DNA of 64,000 nt, from contig JBITNC010000001.1 of NCBI GenBank assembly GCA_050084985.1, positions 34,720,001 through 34,784,000 of the forward strand, in the 5' to 3' direction. The notes beneath the pieces were generated by a model. It saw only the letters and a list, made by a program, of their open reading frames with translations, made no database searches and was not told where the DNA came from. The translations under genes were made by a program, and so were the position numbers. Positions within the stretch are counted from its first letter, which is position 1. Every line of letters starts with the position of its first letter. Source of the DNA: Nageia nagi (Eukaryota > Plantae > Pinophyta). Of this stretch, positions 13,161 to 28,000 are shown one piece after another.

Positions 13161-16100
13161 TAAAAAAATATATTATTATAAATTGGTCATCTTTGTATGA
13201 AAGAAGTCAAGGAATAACCTTTGAAAAAAGTTTGAAAACTCACAATTTAACTAATTATACAATAAAAATGAATTAAGGGAATTTAAGTAAGGGTTAAATC
13301 TTATGATAAATAAATTATTTGTGATGAGAAACATGATTCAATTTATAACATAAATATTTGAAGATAAAGTTGCACTTAATTGATTGATTGAGGATCCCCT
13401 CATTAGAAAGGAGGATTGTATAATCTTATGTTATCCCAATTTTTGCTTGATAAGAAAAATCGATTAACAAATGTCTCACTAAGGAAAACAACTTTCATCA
13501 TTCAATTGAAATGGTATGGGAAATACCCCCAATCTTACACAACAAATATAAACATTAGACTAACTATAGAATTGTATACCAATGTACTAATATTCCCCTT
13601 TGTATGTTGATGTACCATAGAGGGCATAGAAAAATACAAGAACACCCCATCTCCCTACCTACCTAATCCTACTACTAAAGATAATGAAATAAAATTTTAG
13701 GGTAGTAGGGGGAAACTGTTATATCCTTTGAGGTGCTTGATTCAACTCTAAAATATAACAGGCTTATCTTCATCTAAAACCTTAAAGGTTATAACAAAGC
13801 TTGAATAATACATGCCTAATGAATATTATGCTTAAATATACCTAAAATATACCTTTTATTGTATACAAATATTGAATTATAATAGGCCTAATGATATTAT
13901 GCTTAAATTACTTTTGGAGCATAAACATAAACATCTCATACAAAGTGATAAAACATCAAACAAGGATCTTTAGAAGTGTATCAATGCACCTATCAAGATC
14001 TATATATCATTAATGCCACATCCTTCTTCCCTGTAAATAGATGAGAGGTTCACACGTAGGCCAATACCTCTACTTGACTAATTAGTGCTGCTTGGACTTA
14101 TCATCAAAAGAAAATAAAGGAGTGAAATTGCTCATTATTTTATAAGTATAATAAAATAAAGTATTAAATTAGTTAAATACTTATATACCTAAAATATATT
14201 TTTTAATTAAATAAAAAATAAAATTTAGGTGTTAATAATTATTCTATTATTTTATTAATGGGTTCACTCCAGGTGGTATTGATTAGAGCATCAATTTTGG
14301 CTACTCAAGGATAAAAATATTGATATTCATTTCCTTTTAGAGGCCCAATGAGAATGCTAATATATTAAAAATCATTCTTATTTTTTTAACATTTAAAGGA
14401 ATGATTGTTAACAATGTTTATTTAAAATTCTGCAAGTATTAACTTAAAAAAAAATGGAATTTTGATGAATTGAAATGTTATCTTAATAAAACAACATTAC
14501 AAAACCATAATTTTACCCATGCTAAGGAAGTTTTGGAAGTAATGGGAATGCTCCATGGGAGGCCCAAGATCAAACATGTCTACCCCTATATGGTAGAACA
14601 ATTAAAATCCATGTTTATGTGTAGGTGCAATCAGGGCCAAATGCAAATACTAGGTGATTTCAACTAAATAAATGTCTCTTTTATCATTTGATACATTCTA
14701 TAAAGGTGGTCAAAATTTTAACTTATAGGTTTGGAGGTACAATGGAAGCTTAACCTTAAATTTAGCATAACAATCTTAGTTAAATAAACTTTAAAGGAAC
14801 TAAGATTTAAAATAATAAATCCCTTTATTTTATTTGGAAAAAATAAGTTGCACCAATCATAACAAGTTTCAAATACATCAAACAAGATGTACACAAGTTT
14901 CAAATCCAATCCTTGAGCCATAGGAAGCCCTTATGGTTAGCATTATGACATACCATTAATAATTTGATTATTCTTGATTTTACCTTAAAAACACTTGATT
15001 AGTGAACATTTCAAGAAAAATAAAAAGATTTAAAATCAATTCACACCACACACTTAAATAAAGATAATTCAAAATAGTGAAAAGAATAAGAAAGATAATA
15101 ATAGAAAATCACATTTGGCTTTCTATTGTGCATAATAAATAGGCATATAGATATTAGTTATATTTATTATTTTCTTGTAGTATATAATTAAAAATTAAAA
15201 AATAACAAAAAACCTAGGATCTATTATTTATCTATTTGCATATAATTGATAATTGAGTTAATCAATATATCATAGTTTTACTTGGATTCCATCATGGTTC
15301 AAACTCATAACTAGGTTACTTGTCATAGGAAACCTAGTATACCATCATCTGTTAGATATCATAGTCATAGATCTCAGAAGTCAGATCATGTAGATATTGT
15401 GTCAGGTAGAGCAACCTCTTTCTAGCATAGTCATCATAATCGACCTCCATCCATCAGATCTCATGATTAATATAACCATATAGTTTAGGAATTATAGCAT
15501 GATGATACTATGTTAAGGATAGTAACCTCTTCTTGACATATTCAACCTAATCCACCTCCTTCCATTTGGTGTTAGGATAGAAAAATTCATATGAGTCACT
15601 AGTATTTCCATTTAGACCATATGCATAAATACATTATCTCTTTATACTATAGTTTATCTTATACTATGCAATATGAGTCTAGACATATTTTTCCACCAAA
15701 CTATGTGGGCCCAATATTAAAAATACTTTTATGGGATGATAATTATGAGTATTAGATGGACCCTAGCCATTCATGCTATAGAATACTTCCATATGAATTC
15801 AAACCTCATCATAAACCTACTACATAAGACTACTTCATTATTTTTGTTTAAACTACCTCACATAAACATCATGCTCATACCTCCATTCATACTAATCACA
15901 TTAAAGATTCCTTGGATTATCCTATATAAAATATTAATAATAATAAAAAATCTACTTTAGAAAAAAATGATTTCTAGTTATGAGATGGCCCATGCCTTTG
16001 GATCCTCATTTGCAGGCCATTATCAAAATATAGCACTAAGCATTCGCATTGCATACAATGAGAGGAAATTAAAGAATACGATTTTCACTTCAAATATAAG

Positions 16101-16654
16101 TTAACATTAAATATTTGAAGGATTAAAAGAACATATGAAATTTCAATAATATGGAGCAAATCAAATTGGCCTTGGACTTGGCCTTTCTTATATTTTGGAT
16201 TCTAGAAAAAATTCAATAGAGTTTTAGTAAATTATTCAATTAGGATATGTAGAGCTCACAAATAAAAAAACTACAAAGAGATTATTTAGAAAAGCCTTAG
16301 AAATTGGGTTAAGTACACAACACTAAACTAAATAAATCAAGCCCTAACTGTAACTCATCTCATTTGTTGGATCTACATCAATGATGATTGTTACATCTAT
16401 TAAATTAAGAAGAAATAACTACTAAAAATATCATAAGAAAGATATCTTTGTATTTCAACCATAACTTTTGAGTCGAGTTTCTATTTGAGCCCTTTTTTTT
16501 CTAGATTACACAAAGTTTGAAACTCTACAATTTTGGTATATCTTCTTTAAATAAGATGTTATCAAAGGCTAAAAACATCATCTTATACCTCAAAATTTTA
16601 TTTTAATATTTGGCCATATTTCCAACATTCTCTCCCTTGTTGGTAAGGGGACTT

Positions 16655-18535
16655 TATTATTATTATAGAATCACACTCTAAAAATAGGGTAACCTTCTAT
16701 CATTATTTATTCTTTCATTCCTTTCAAATAACTCATTCTATTCTTTGTACTCAGCCAATTTTAGTAATATTTTGTAAATATTGAAAAGGTATCTATTCTT
16801 TGTACTTAGTCAATTTTATTAAAATTTTGTTAAGTATAGGGAAGTTCGAGTGCTATCAATGTATGTTTGAGTCATGTACAATTTGTTTGGTAACTTAATC
16901 ACTATTTTGTTAAAAAGTGGGTGTTGTTATGTAAATGAGTCTCAAAGGTTGATCATTTCTTAGTCAAGTATTTTCTAGTAACTATATATAGGTTTGGAAT
17001 CATAAGACACCATCAATATGTGTAAGTCATATCCGAGATATAGTGTAGCATGTATGGGAAATTATGTAACATGTAAGGGAAGTAAATGCTTGAGTCAGGA
17101 TTTGAGTATTGTAAAAGTCTAAATCTTTTCAATAAATATTGTAAATGTGAGTCACTATCGAGTCGAAGTTACTAATAGGTAATATACTAAAGCCTATGGA
17201 TTTTCAAAGTAGGAACTCTACCATACACCCAAAATTAGCGAAAAATATTTTAGGAAGCTATCATATAAAGCCTACTAATTTGGAGTGATAATGTCACATA
17301 TTTGATCTGAAATTAGTGGGTGCTAATATGATCTATTATCAAGTACTACCTAGGAGGTAGTTAGTGGGAGATACTTCAAAAGACCTATTATCCAAAGCCC
17401 ACCAATTTTGAGAGATGATGTCATACTTTTTTTTTCTAAAAATTATTGGGTATTAAAATAAGTCCCAATAAGAAATAAACCCTACCAAAGTAAATAAGAC
17501 TTGCTATACTAAGAAAGGAATAATGAGTTAAGGGGAATACCTAGGTCCACTTAATCATGAGTGTTTGACCCTTGGGGCTCTATCAATGTGTTGACGATAA
17601 CTAATATCTAGATGATAATAGCAGTTCTTCCTCAAGTTTCAATGTTACACTTTTCATTACCCCCTACAACTCAAAGCTATAATGATTACCATAAATGGTT
17701 ACAAAAAGTTAGATGGTTACCAATAGAGCATAAAGACAAACTATACCAATCAAGCTGACATACCATGCCTTAACAATTAGCTATAGTTGCAATATGATGT
17801 AGTCAACAATAAATCAAAGAGTTTGTAGCTAAAGAAGTACAATAGTTTAGAGATAATAAATTTCTAAACCTTGGCATTGATTGTACCTAGTCACTATGTA
17901 ATCTAGTATAATGGTGATTATAATTTGTACATTGTAAGTAGTTTTTGATTCAATTTTTAGTCAATAAGGTAATTATGTACATTAATTATGGAAAACCACC
18001 CAATTGTAATTAAGAACATATAAATAGTGGACTGTTAGAATTCCAAAAGGTCAAACATTCTAGCAAATTTGTCTAGTGTATGAAATGCTTTCATGTGTGA
18101 TAATACAATGCAATGTTATTTTTCCCTTCATAGTTTGTGGTTGTTTATTATGTTTTCTAAATGTTATGCATGAAGAATTGTCTTAAGTTGTGGCTATGTA
18201 TTATGATTGTGAGACGCCAAGAGTAAGATAGTTTTATATTCATAATCTTGGGTATAGATTGCTTCTTACATAGTAATACCTAGGCTATTTAGTTATAACT
18301 GCTTCCTCTATTTTGTTTATTTATCTCTTTCCTATTACTCTTATCTTTTATCTCTTTCTAGTTACTTTTGATCTTTACTATAGATAGGAATTGACCTATA
18401 ATTTGAATATATAATAGAAAATCCCTCATGAGCTCATTCTCCCACCACCTTTTGCTCTTTTAAGGACCCTACTATTATGGACAATGGAGAACAAGACCAA
18501 ACCAAACCCTTGAGGTTACATTATACCTATCAATA
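16655..18535 (+). repeat. 5' LTR of element C (1881 bp)
   Basis: Aligns end to end with 29063-30934 and with the reverse complement of solo LTR 51004-52847. Confidence 0.9.
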
Positions 18536-18551
18536 GTAGTAAGTCCATTTT

Positions 18552-18569
18552 TGGCACATTCGATGGGAT
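18552..18569 (+). promoter_or_regulatory. PBS of element C (tRNA-Arg type)
   Basis: TGGCACATTCGATGGGAT vs the recalled Tat/Ogre Arg PBS TGGCACGCCCGGTGGGAC; all differences are C>T or G>A. Confidence 0.7.
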
Positions 18570-21500
18570 GCTAACAAAATTCCATATTTTATAAGCATGA
18601 TTAGGCCAAATAATTACATCTAGTAAGCTAGTACTCGATCTTTATAGATTATAGGATTTATTTAACCTTATTGGTGACTTTACTATCAAAACCAATCAAT
18701 ATTTCAAACCTTGGCACCTCCAAAATGTAGATTTACTAGAAGTAGTATGAGAAATTCATCAAAATATCCTAGATTTCAAGAACTATTAGTTCCTCATAGA
18801 AGGAATAGGCAAAAGATTTGTTGGACCTTATCTCTTCAAATTACTTTAAGAGCTATCCCATTAACAACTGTATTTGAATCTGTCCAGCAAAACCCTTCAC
18901 CTTATACAAGTGTTCCAAATATGGTTCAAATTGCCTCTATAGATTTCCTTGTGTAGAATTATAGTCATCCTTTAGTGGTTATTGCTAATTCCCTAGCTAT
19001 TCCCTAAGAAACATTTAAAGTTCTACCTAAATATGATGGGTTAACCAAAATGCCATATGAACATTATTAAGATGTATCTTTATTGACTTCTAGCTTTGAT
19101 ATCAATGATGAAACTATTATGATGAGACTATTGTCTCATTATTTTGAAGGAAAGGTTGTTGAATGGTTTAGAACTCTCACCTCTCAATTCATAAATACAT
19201 GGGGAGAGTTATGTCAAACTCTTATTAAGAGATTTGCTGAAGATGGCGATGATAGTACCTTTCTAAGCATCATAGCATATATTAAAAGATATCCCCATGA
19301 ATCTATAGATGATTTTAATATAAGATTTGAGAAAATGTAGAAGTTCATTCCAACAAGGATCAAACCAATTAATGCTCAAGCCTTGGTATATTATAGGAAG
19401 GCATTTCTCCCAAACCTTAATGTATTGATTGTTATGTCAAGTGACACTTTCTCGAAGGTCTATCAAACGACTAAAACCATTGAGCATACTTTGGTATCTT
19501 CTAAGAAGATACAACCTTGATCCATCATGCCCTTATTTCCTAATTTAAAATAGGCTCCATTACAAATATCACATCTTGGATTATTAGCTTTACCTACTTT
19601 TCCTCCTAAAACTACTATTTAGAACTAAGTTCCAATGTTACTAGCTCTTGCATCTACAAGTTTTAATACTAATTCTAATTCATAAGAGGAAGATAAGATA
19701 AGGCAACTAGAGATAACTATTAGGAATTTGACAAATAAGCTCACTTTGTAAGATAAGTAAAATCAAGGCTTCAATTACAAGAGATATGATAATCAATATC
19801 AATCAAGATTTCAACCTAGAAATAATCAACCAAAACAACCTCCTACTCCTAAAAATATAGATAATGTAGTAATGGTTAGTTATGGTAAAATTCACACTCT
19901 GGGTATTATAGAATGGTGTCCTCCATATTTAACTCCCCATTTTCTAGACTCTTATGTGGTGTATCAACATTAACAATTGGGCTTACATTCTAATAAGATG
20001 GTAGAACTTGCAGTAGATCCTTCTATAGATCTTACCATGGTCAAATTTTGGCTTTTGGGCTATGCTAGAGAATAAGCCAACAATGCTCAAAATAGAGCTT
20101 CCACCTCATCACATCTACAACAAGCTCAACCAACTCAGCTAAATCAATAACCCATTCTAGTTTAACCTAACCCAAAAAGAGCAAGAGCTCTTATACTACA
20201 ACCACAAAGTCAAGAAAATCAACTTTCAAGTCATCTAGGTCAAGTTTCTCAATATTTGAGTAATGTTGACTCCTTAGCAAAATAACTCACTATGACCAAA
20301 AATGAAGTCGCAAAAAAATAGAGGCCTTCTCCACTAAGATATCCTTTTATTACTGATCATCATAAGGAGAAAAATGCTCAACAGTTTATATCACATCAAT
20401 ATATTGAAACAAGTAAGTATGCCTCTTATATTCTATATAATATTATGGAAGAATTAAATAAGACACCTTATAGAATGTCAATGTTTTATGCATTAAATAT
20501 TCCAAGTCAAATTGACCTTTTGCAAGAAGCTTTGAAGATTAAAAATAATAAGAAAAGGGTAAATGAGGGCAATGTTGTCTTTGCAATATCTGATGATGTC
20601 CCTTTGGCTCCTATAGGTATAAGAAGACCTCCTTGTTTTTATCTTTCCCTTGATTAGAAGGCTGGGTAGTTAATAATTGCATGATAGATATTGGAGCTAC
20701 TATTACCATCATTCTCAAAGTAGTTGTAAATGAAATTAAATTATATATTACTTGATGCATAGATGGAGTCATACATCTAGATTCTTCCTCAGTAGATGAT
20801 GTTGGCAATGTAAAAGGAGTTTCAATAACTCTTAATTCATTCCTTGATATTTGTATCATTTAGGATATTATTTTTGTTAATCTTCCATCTCTATTTGGGA
20901 TCTACCTATCTAGGGAGTTCACTACCAAATTAGGAGGATACTTAGCCTTAGACTATACACATATTTTACTTCCATTTCAAAATAAAGAGGTAAGGATACC
21001 AAATGAGGGTACCAAAAGTGTTCATCATAAGAAGATCATAGAGAAAAATTGGTTGAATGGCCCTAGTCCAGTTGAATTATTGGAAAGGGATACACTTAGA
21101 GAGACACTGCTAATCACAAAAATCCTTCAAGTTATTGGTATGGATAACTATTATTTATATGAAAATATCCATCTAATCTCAGTTATAGCTAAAAGAGAGC
21201 ATGAGTTATGGATAATGTACTTTGATGGGGCTAGCTATAAGCACAGTTGTGGTGTGGGTGTTGTTTTCAAATCACCAAAAGCACACATGAGAAGATTCTC
21301 ATGGATTTGCACAAATAATGCTATTAAATATAAAACCCTCTATTTGGGATTGTCTAAACTAATTAACATGGGCATTAGATTCCTAATGGTGCATGGCAAT
21401 TTTGAATTGGTCATAAAGCAAGTCAGAGACTAGATTAGTGTGAAGCATAACTATTTGAAAATCTATAGAAATAGAGTATGGGACTTACTAGAGTCATTCA

Positions 21501-24500
21501 TAGTAATTAATTTTATCTCTATCCCTAGGAGGTATAATCAAGTTGTTAATGCACTTGCTAGTAAAGGAGGACATTTCAACCCTACTCATCATAAGAGAGG
21601 AAGCTATGGAGTTAAATTCCTATGATGATCACATTATGAATTTCCTTTTAGATGAACCAATAGCTCATACCTTTGGTACTAAAGAAATATTTAACTATTT
21701 CCAAGAATCAGATGTTATATAGCTTAGAATCAATATCATATCTAAAGGTTTGCTTTCTTTTAAATGATTATTTGATTATGAAGATATTCAAAAAAATAAA
21801 ACTTTGGATATTCAAAAAGAGAGCAATGTTGATCTACAAATTAAACCTAGAAAATGCATAAAAATTGGATCAAATTGCTCTAAAGAAGAGAAAATGATCA
21901 TTTTTTAGATATATCATTAGTTCTCAAAAGCAATTTCTTGGACTTATGATGATCTAAAAAAATATGATAAGAATATAATCCAGCACACCATTGAGCTTGA
22001 ACCAGAAGCAAAACCATTTAGGTAGAAGTAAAAGCTAGTAAACCCAAGGGTATAAGAAGCTATGAAGTAGGATTTGCTAAAATTCTTAGATGCTAGAATT
22101 ATCTATCATATTAAGTAATTTTCTTGGGTTGCCAATCTAGTCCTAGTAGAAAAAAAGAGTGGAGAAATTAGGTTGTGTGTAGAATTCAAAAATTTGAACC
22201 AAGTATCTCTCAAGGATAATTATCCCCTCTATCCTATGGAGCAAATCCTGCATATAGTAGTTAGAGCATGCTATTCTTCTATGATTGATGGTTACTTCAT
22301 ATTCTCCAAATTTGGGTAAAGGATGGGGATCAATTCAAAATTGCATTCATAATCAAATTGGGGACATTTGCATTTTAGAGAATGCCTTTCAATCTCTCTA
22401 ATGCTAGGGCTATTTTTCAAAGAGCTATGGACCATGCCTTTGATGATTTGATAAATAAAATTATTCTAGTCTACATGGATGACATCACAATATTCTCCAA
22501 GAATATAAAGGATCATTTATATTATCTTAGGTAAGTTTTTGAAAAATGTATACAATTTAGGATTTCAATCAATCCCAAAAGTCTATTTTTATAGTTAACC
22601 AAGGAAATTTGCTTCATAATATTGTCTCAAAAAAAGATTAACAATTGATCCAAATAGAATAAAATCTATTGAAGCATTACCATTACCCTCTAATAAGAAG
22701 ACCTTGCAATCTTTCCTTGGTCAAATCAATTTTGTTAGAAAATTTATTAATGACTTTTTAGAGATAGTCTCTCTAATTACAATAATGTTAAAGAAAGATG
22801 CTATATTTTCTTGGTCATAGGAAGCAAAGTAAGCTTTTCATGACATTAAAAATGCTATAAAATAAGTTCCCATTTTGAAGAACCAAATTTTTCAAAAGAC
22901 TTTATCATGTATGCATATGGAGTAGAGAAAATGATTGCTACCATTTTAGCATAAAAATATGACCAAAAGGAAGAATATCCTATTGCCTTTTATATCCAAA
23001 CAATGTATCAACATCAAATAAGGTACTCATTTATTGAGAAATAAGTATTTTCCATAATTAAAGGGCTTAAAAAGTTTAAGAATTATTTGTTCCACAATAA
23101 GATTCTTGTATATACTATTCACCATGATGTAAGAAATTATGTAATTCAAAAAGAACTAGGTGAAGGAAAAGTTAGTTGGATTACTAAAATAATGGAATAT
23201 GATGTTGAAATTAAGCCAACCAAGCTCATCAGGGGCAAAGCCCTCTATGAACATATAACAAGAGCTTCATAATGATTGCTTCCATAGAAGATAAAGAGCA
23301 TCTTAATCAAGAAAGTGATTGGATAAAGCAATTCATTCTTTATTTTAGGATCAATAAATATCCTAAATCTTTGGATAGATTTCAAAGAAGAAGATTCATA
23401 TTGCAAGCATTGAGGTTTGTGATGGTAGATGATTGTATTTATAGGAAGAATTTTGATCAAACCCTATTAAGATGCATAACTCATGATGAAGCCTAGAGAA
23501 GTTTATATGAATTTCATTACGGGTTCTCTAGAGGACACTATAGTGGTCCAACTACTACAATAAATAATATGATAAGTTGAGTATTATTGGCCTACTATGT
23601 TTCTAGATTCATTCAAGATAGCCTAGGAGTGTGGAAAATGTAACATGTATGTGGGAAAAAGAAGATAAATTAATATTCCTCTCAATCCTGTTGTTGTTGA
23701 GGAGCCTTTCCAACAATGGGGTCTTAACTTCATTAGTGTTATAAATCCAAATTCCTCAATAGGCCATAAAAGTATCCTAACTGCAATAGATTATTTCAAA
23801 CAATGGTTAGAAGCCATGCCATGTAAGAATGTAGATCAAGAGGCAGCAATGGAGATGATTAAAAGGATAATCACTCACTTTGGCATCCCATAGACTATTA
23901 TATCAGATAATGATCTTACATTTATTAAAGTTAATTTGTCAAAATTTACTACTAAGTATGGGATATATTGAATGTTCTCTTCAAATTATCACTCATAAGG
24001 GAATGGGTTAGCTTACTCACCAATTAAATCCTTAACTTGGATTATCAAAAGAATAATTGAAGGAAATCCTAGATAATGGCATACATGACTAGATTATTTA
24101 TTATGGGCAGATAGGATCATTATCAAATCGGCTATCAAAACATCCCCTTATGCATTAGTATATGGGAAAATATGAATATTTATTCATCTTGAGATACCTA
24201 CATTAAAAATCCTACAAAGGCTAGAAGGCTATGATTTTGAGCCACTACAAGTAAGATTTAATCACCTCATGAAACTAGAAGAGGATAGAAATAAAGCATA
24301 CAAGTATTTCCAGCATTGACAAAAAATAGTTAAGAAGTGGTTTGACAAGAAAAAGTCTTCCCAAGTTAAGTTTGAAATTGGTGACATTGTCCTCAAATAG
24401 GATGAATATAGAGCAAAGCCTAAGAAACATAAAAAGTTTGACTCCTTCTAGAGTAGGCCCTATATCATCACTCAAGCTATGCAAAATAATGTATTTAGGA

Positions 24501-25057
24501 TTCAAGGCATTGCTGATTCTTGAGAGCTGCATATCCCAGTGAAGGAGATCTATTTGAAGCATTATCGAGTGATTACATAATACCCACTAAAGATTGTATA
24601 GTGTAAATTTAACTTAAAACAAAAAGAAAAAAAGGTTTTTACTAATTTATTACTTGTACATACTAATTCACTAAGGGAGTAGTTCCCGAGGAGGTAAGTA
24701 TCCATTAATGCTAGGGCTAACTAGGCATGATGGAGGGCTAAATCCATCTAACATTGATTTTCCAATCAAAAGGATGGTATTTAAGAAGGATAATTCCTTG
24801 AAAAACTCACCGACTATGCCATATCTCCCAATTTAAATTCAATGTATCAAAAATTAACATAATCTTGCCTATCATCCCTGACACTATACTTTTTATGAAC
24901 CTTGATATTCCTTGATCATTAGTTACCATTAATAAATGTTAGTCATAAACCTTTGGCAAATAAAACATACTCCCTAACCATTTATTTCCTCACTTAGCAA
25001 ATTTCAAAGCATTAGTTTTTGAGAGAACCAAGGCTTAGAGTCTACTAAGTTGATATC

Positions 25058-28000
25058 ATGAGAAGAAGGAGAGTTTTAGAGCTTAATCTTATAAGGTTTA
25101 ATGTACTTGATGCTTACTTATGCTATAAAAAAGATAGTTGATGTCATGATAAGCACTAAGGAACCTGTTATTATTGAGAAAGAAGGGGTGGATGCTAACC
25201 TTATAGTGATTCATGAAGAATACTTAAACATTGCTCTTAGTGTTAACTAGATAGAGATGGAAATCATTAATCACATGGACACCTAATGCATCGAATCTAA
25301 AAGGATCCTATTACAACACCTAAATATTGAGGTTATGGGTAAAGGAAAATATTTAGCTGAATCAAAAAGATATGTAATGCTAGATTAGGGCCTTGCATAT
25401 TATGTGCCCTATGAGTCATTTACTTGCCCAGAGCTTCTGTATTCGATCATACTTTGACATAGTCCATATAGGTATGAAGTTAAATCCTATAAGGAGCAAC
25501 AAATAGGTGAGTTAGAGTATAGGTATCAAACTTACATTTTTCTAGACTATTCTCTTGAGGCTATCATCCACATATTTGCAATTCTAGATGATTGGACATT
25601 CCACATTAAGAAACAAATTGACTTGAAGCATTAGAAGGTAGACTTTTATTAGAATGATCAAGAGATGTTGGAATGTATTGATGAAAGATATACAAGGAGA
25701 AGCATAAAGCTCTTATAGAGCTACAACATTACCTTCTTTGAGAAGGCTCAAGATAAGGTCTTGCAAGCATTGGCGATCATTCTTAAGAAGAAGACCCAAA
25801 TAGAGACAAATTAGGCTATGATGAGAATGGCCTATAATATCATTGAGGGCCACATCTATTATGATTTTCTACCTTATATCAAGTAAGGTAAGTATAATAT
25901 TTAATATTAGAAATGATTTTGGTACATTCTCATTAAGGAAACAATTGATTCACAGACATTAGAGGTAGCTTCTATTGAAGAATGCATCTAAGGATGTGAA
26001 TTGCAATGATGAACAGATACAAGCGCAAAATTGCATAAAGCTCTATTAGCTACAAATATATGACTTTACTGAGAAGTCAGAGATTAGCCTTGCAACATGG
26101 GAATTCTTAGAGAGACCTCACAATGAGCCAATTGGCTATTGATGAGAAGCTTATATATTGAGGCACACTAATTGGATTTTTCTTTTTCAAGTAAAAGGAT
26201 ATATAAAAGTTAGAATATTGATAAATTCCTCATTCTTCATAAACTTGTGGCTCATTGTCATCAAAATATGAGTCCTGGTGAAGAAGGGCTTTAGATGAAT
26301 TGACAACGGGATAAAACCCCCAATTGAATTAAGAGTCCATTGCTAACTAAAGAATGGATTATATTATGAATTCATGGGAAATATTGCCAATAAGTAGATT
26401 TTTGATGGGGAGAGCACTACATTTTGACCAATTGGACTATGTAGAGTGTAGTGATGGCAACAATTGGTGATTGGATTTTTTAAAAATAGGACTTTATAAT
26501 AGTCAAATTTGAAAACCATTTCTTTCAAAATTTGTGACCCCATAATTGTATTTTATAGATATGGTAAGACAGATGTGTGCCATAGAAATGAATATGGTTA
26601 AGGTAATTTTAATCCCCTTATTAAGATATGGTATCTAAAAATTTTAAATTATAAGATAGCTGTAAGGTGAATAGCATTAATTTTTTATATAGAATTTCAA
26701 TAGTATGGATTGCCTATGGTATAGATGACTAGGTGTGAGGAAACAAACAAAATAATTCAATACAAAATGCTAACTTTGCTCATGAGCCACAAACTCACTG
26801 AAATTTTATAATCATCTATGGAGAAGCTAGTATCCCTAGAGTGGATTTAAAATTAGAAAACATGATTAGCCCTTGAGGGTATTAAAATACATCTGAGGTA
26901 GATGGGTAATATTTCCTTAATCCAAGGTTATTTCCTATTGAGGATGAGTTGGTTGAGGACCACAATGATTATTTCACAAATTAGATTGACACAAATAGCA
27001 ACATGTTGAAATACTTTGTGAATTTGTATGAATTGATTCATAGTACATTAAGTTGCACAGAGATGGACAACACTCCTACTAATTTCAAGGAATGTTAAGG
27101 AGATAAGCATAGTGCAATGGTAAAAAATGACAAAAAAAGAAGCTTATGAACCATATGGGTCATGATAGTAGATGAAAAGGAAAAAGGGAAGTTAAGTTGA
27201 AATAGTTTCCACTTCTTAAGAGTCCTCCCCAAAGAGGAGAAGAGGAATCAAAATGTTGGCTCAAGCCTAACAAGCCCCAAAGAAGAAAGAAAATCCATAA
27301 AGGAAGGCCCATACCATACAACCATAGGAAACCAAGAGTATATAGACTCCATATCCCCAAATAAGAAATGAAATTCTAGAACCAAGCAATGAAGAAAGGG
27401 ATATGGTAGATTATAAAGAAACATAAAGGTACCAAAGCATAAACTTCATTATCTACAATGATGCAAAGGAAGAAATAGGGGATGAGGTGTAATAAGGAGG
27501 AGGAAATGTACTCAGCATAGGTGGTACTATGGCTATTTGAGGTGAAGTGGGTGGAGATGAATATGGTGATGATGATAAAGAATCCAAAAATCCAAAGGAC
27601 TCTAACCTAAAGGATAAGGTGCCTAAAGAGAAGAAGCATTTTGAATAAGAAGAGGAGAAAACACCAAAAGAACTTGTACAACATACTCTAACATCTACTT
27701 CAAGAGTAGGTGCACTATCACATTCTTTAATTCCTTTTTCCATAGCCTCATAAGAGGAAATAAAAAGGAATTTTTCAATTCAAATAGTAGAGCCCATTGA
27801 TTGGGAGATATTTGTAAATAAAACTCCTATGATCCCAGAGCAATAATCTAGAATTTTGAGTAAAGTAACAGAAATTGGGGACATCAAAATTGCTTAGATT
27901 CCCTTCAAATAAGGGAAGTTGGATACTACCCCCTCAACTATGATAAATGTGAATATGTAGAGTACTCCAACCATAGATCAATCTAGATTTCTTATAAATA

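Larger units (their letters stand above)
5966..14237 (-). mobile_element. Element A: degenerate Ty3/Gypsy Tat/Ogre-like LTR retrotransposon (left boundary approximate)
   Basis: Homologous LTR blocks ~6340-6611 and ~13962-14237, both ending aggtgttaata. PPT AAAGGGGGGCAGT on the minus strand at 6612-6624. RT ~11220-12030 (RCCTNFRDINKAYPKDNFPLPNI), RH ~10200-10520, aRH ~9650-10030, integrase ~8300-9500 (YFTKWVE, MDNGPNF, STPYYPQGNGQVEA). gag/PR not found. Confidence 0.88.

Noticed and set aside
14300-15000. Possible LINE ORF1 (DUF4283-like) remnant on the minus strand
   Set aside because: Only a weak AWVKL-like motif; not supportable by eye.
16638-16654. TGTTGG at 16638 as the start of element C's LTR, with a microhomology deletion at the far end
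   Set aside because: The C-family solo LTR and the GACTT/GACTC TSD fix the boundaries at 16655 and 30934; 16638-16654 belongs to the Copia element.
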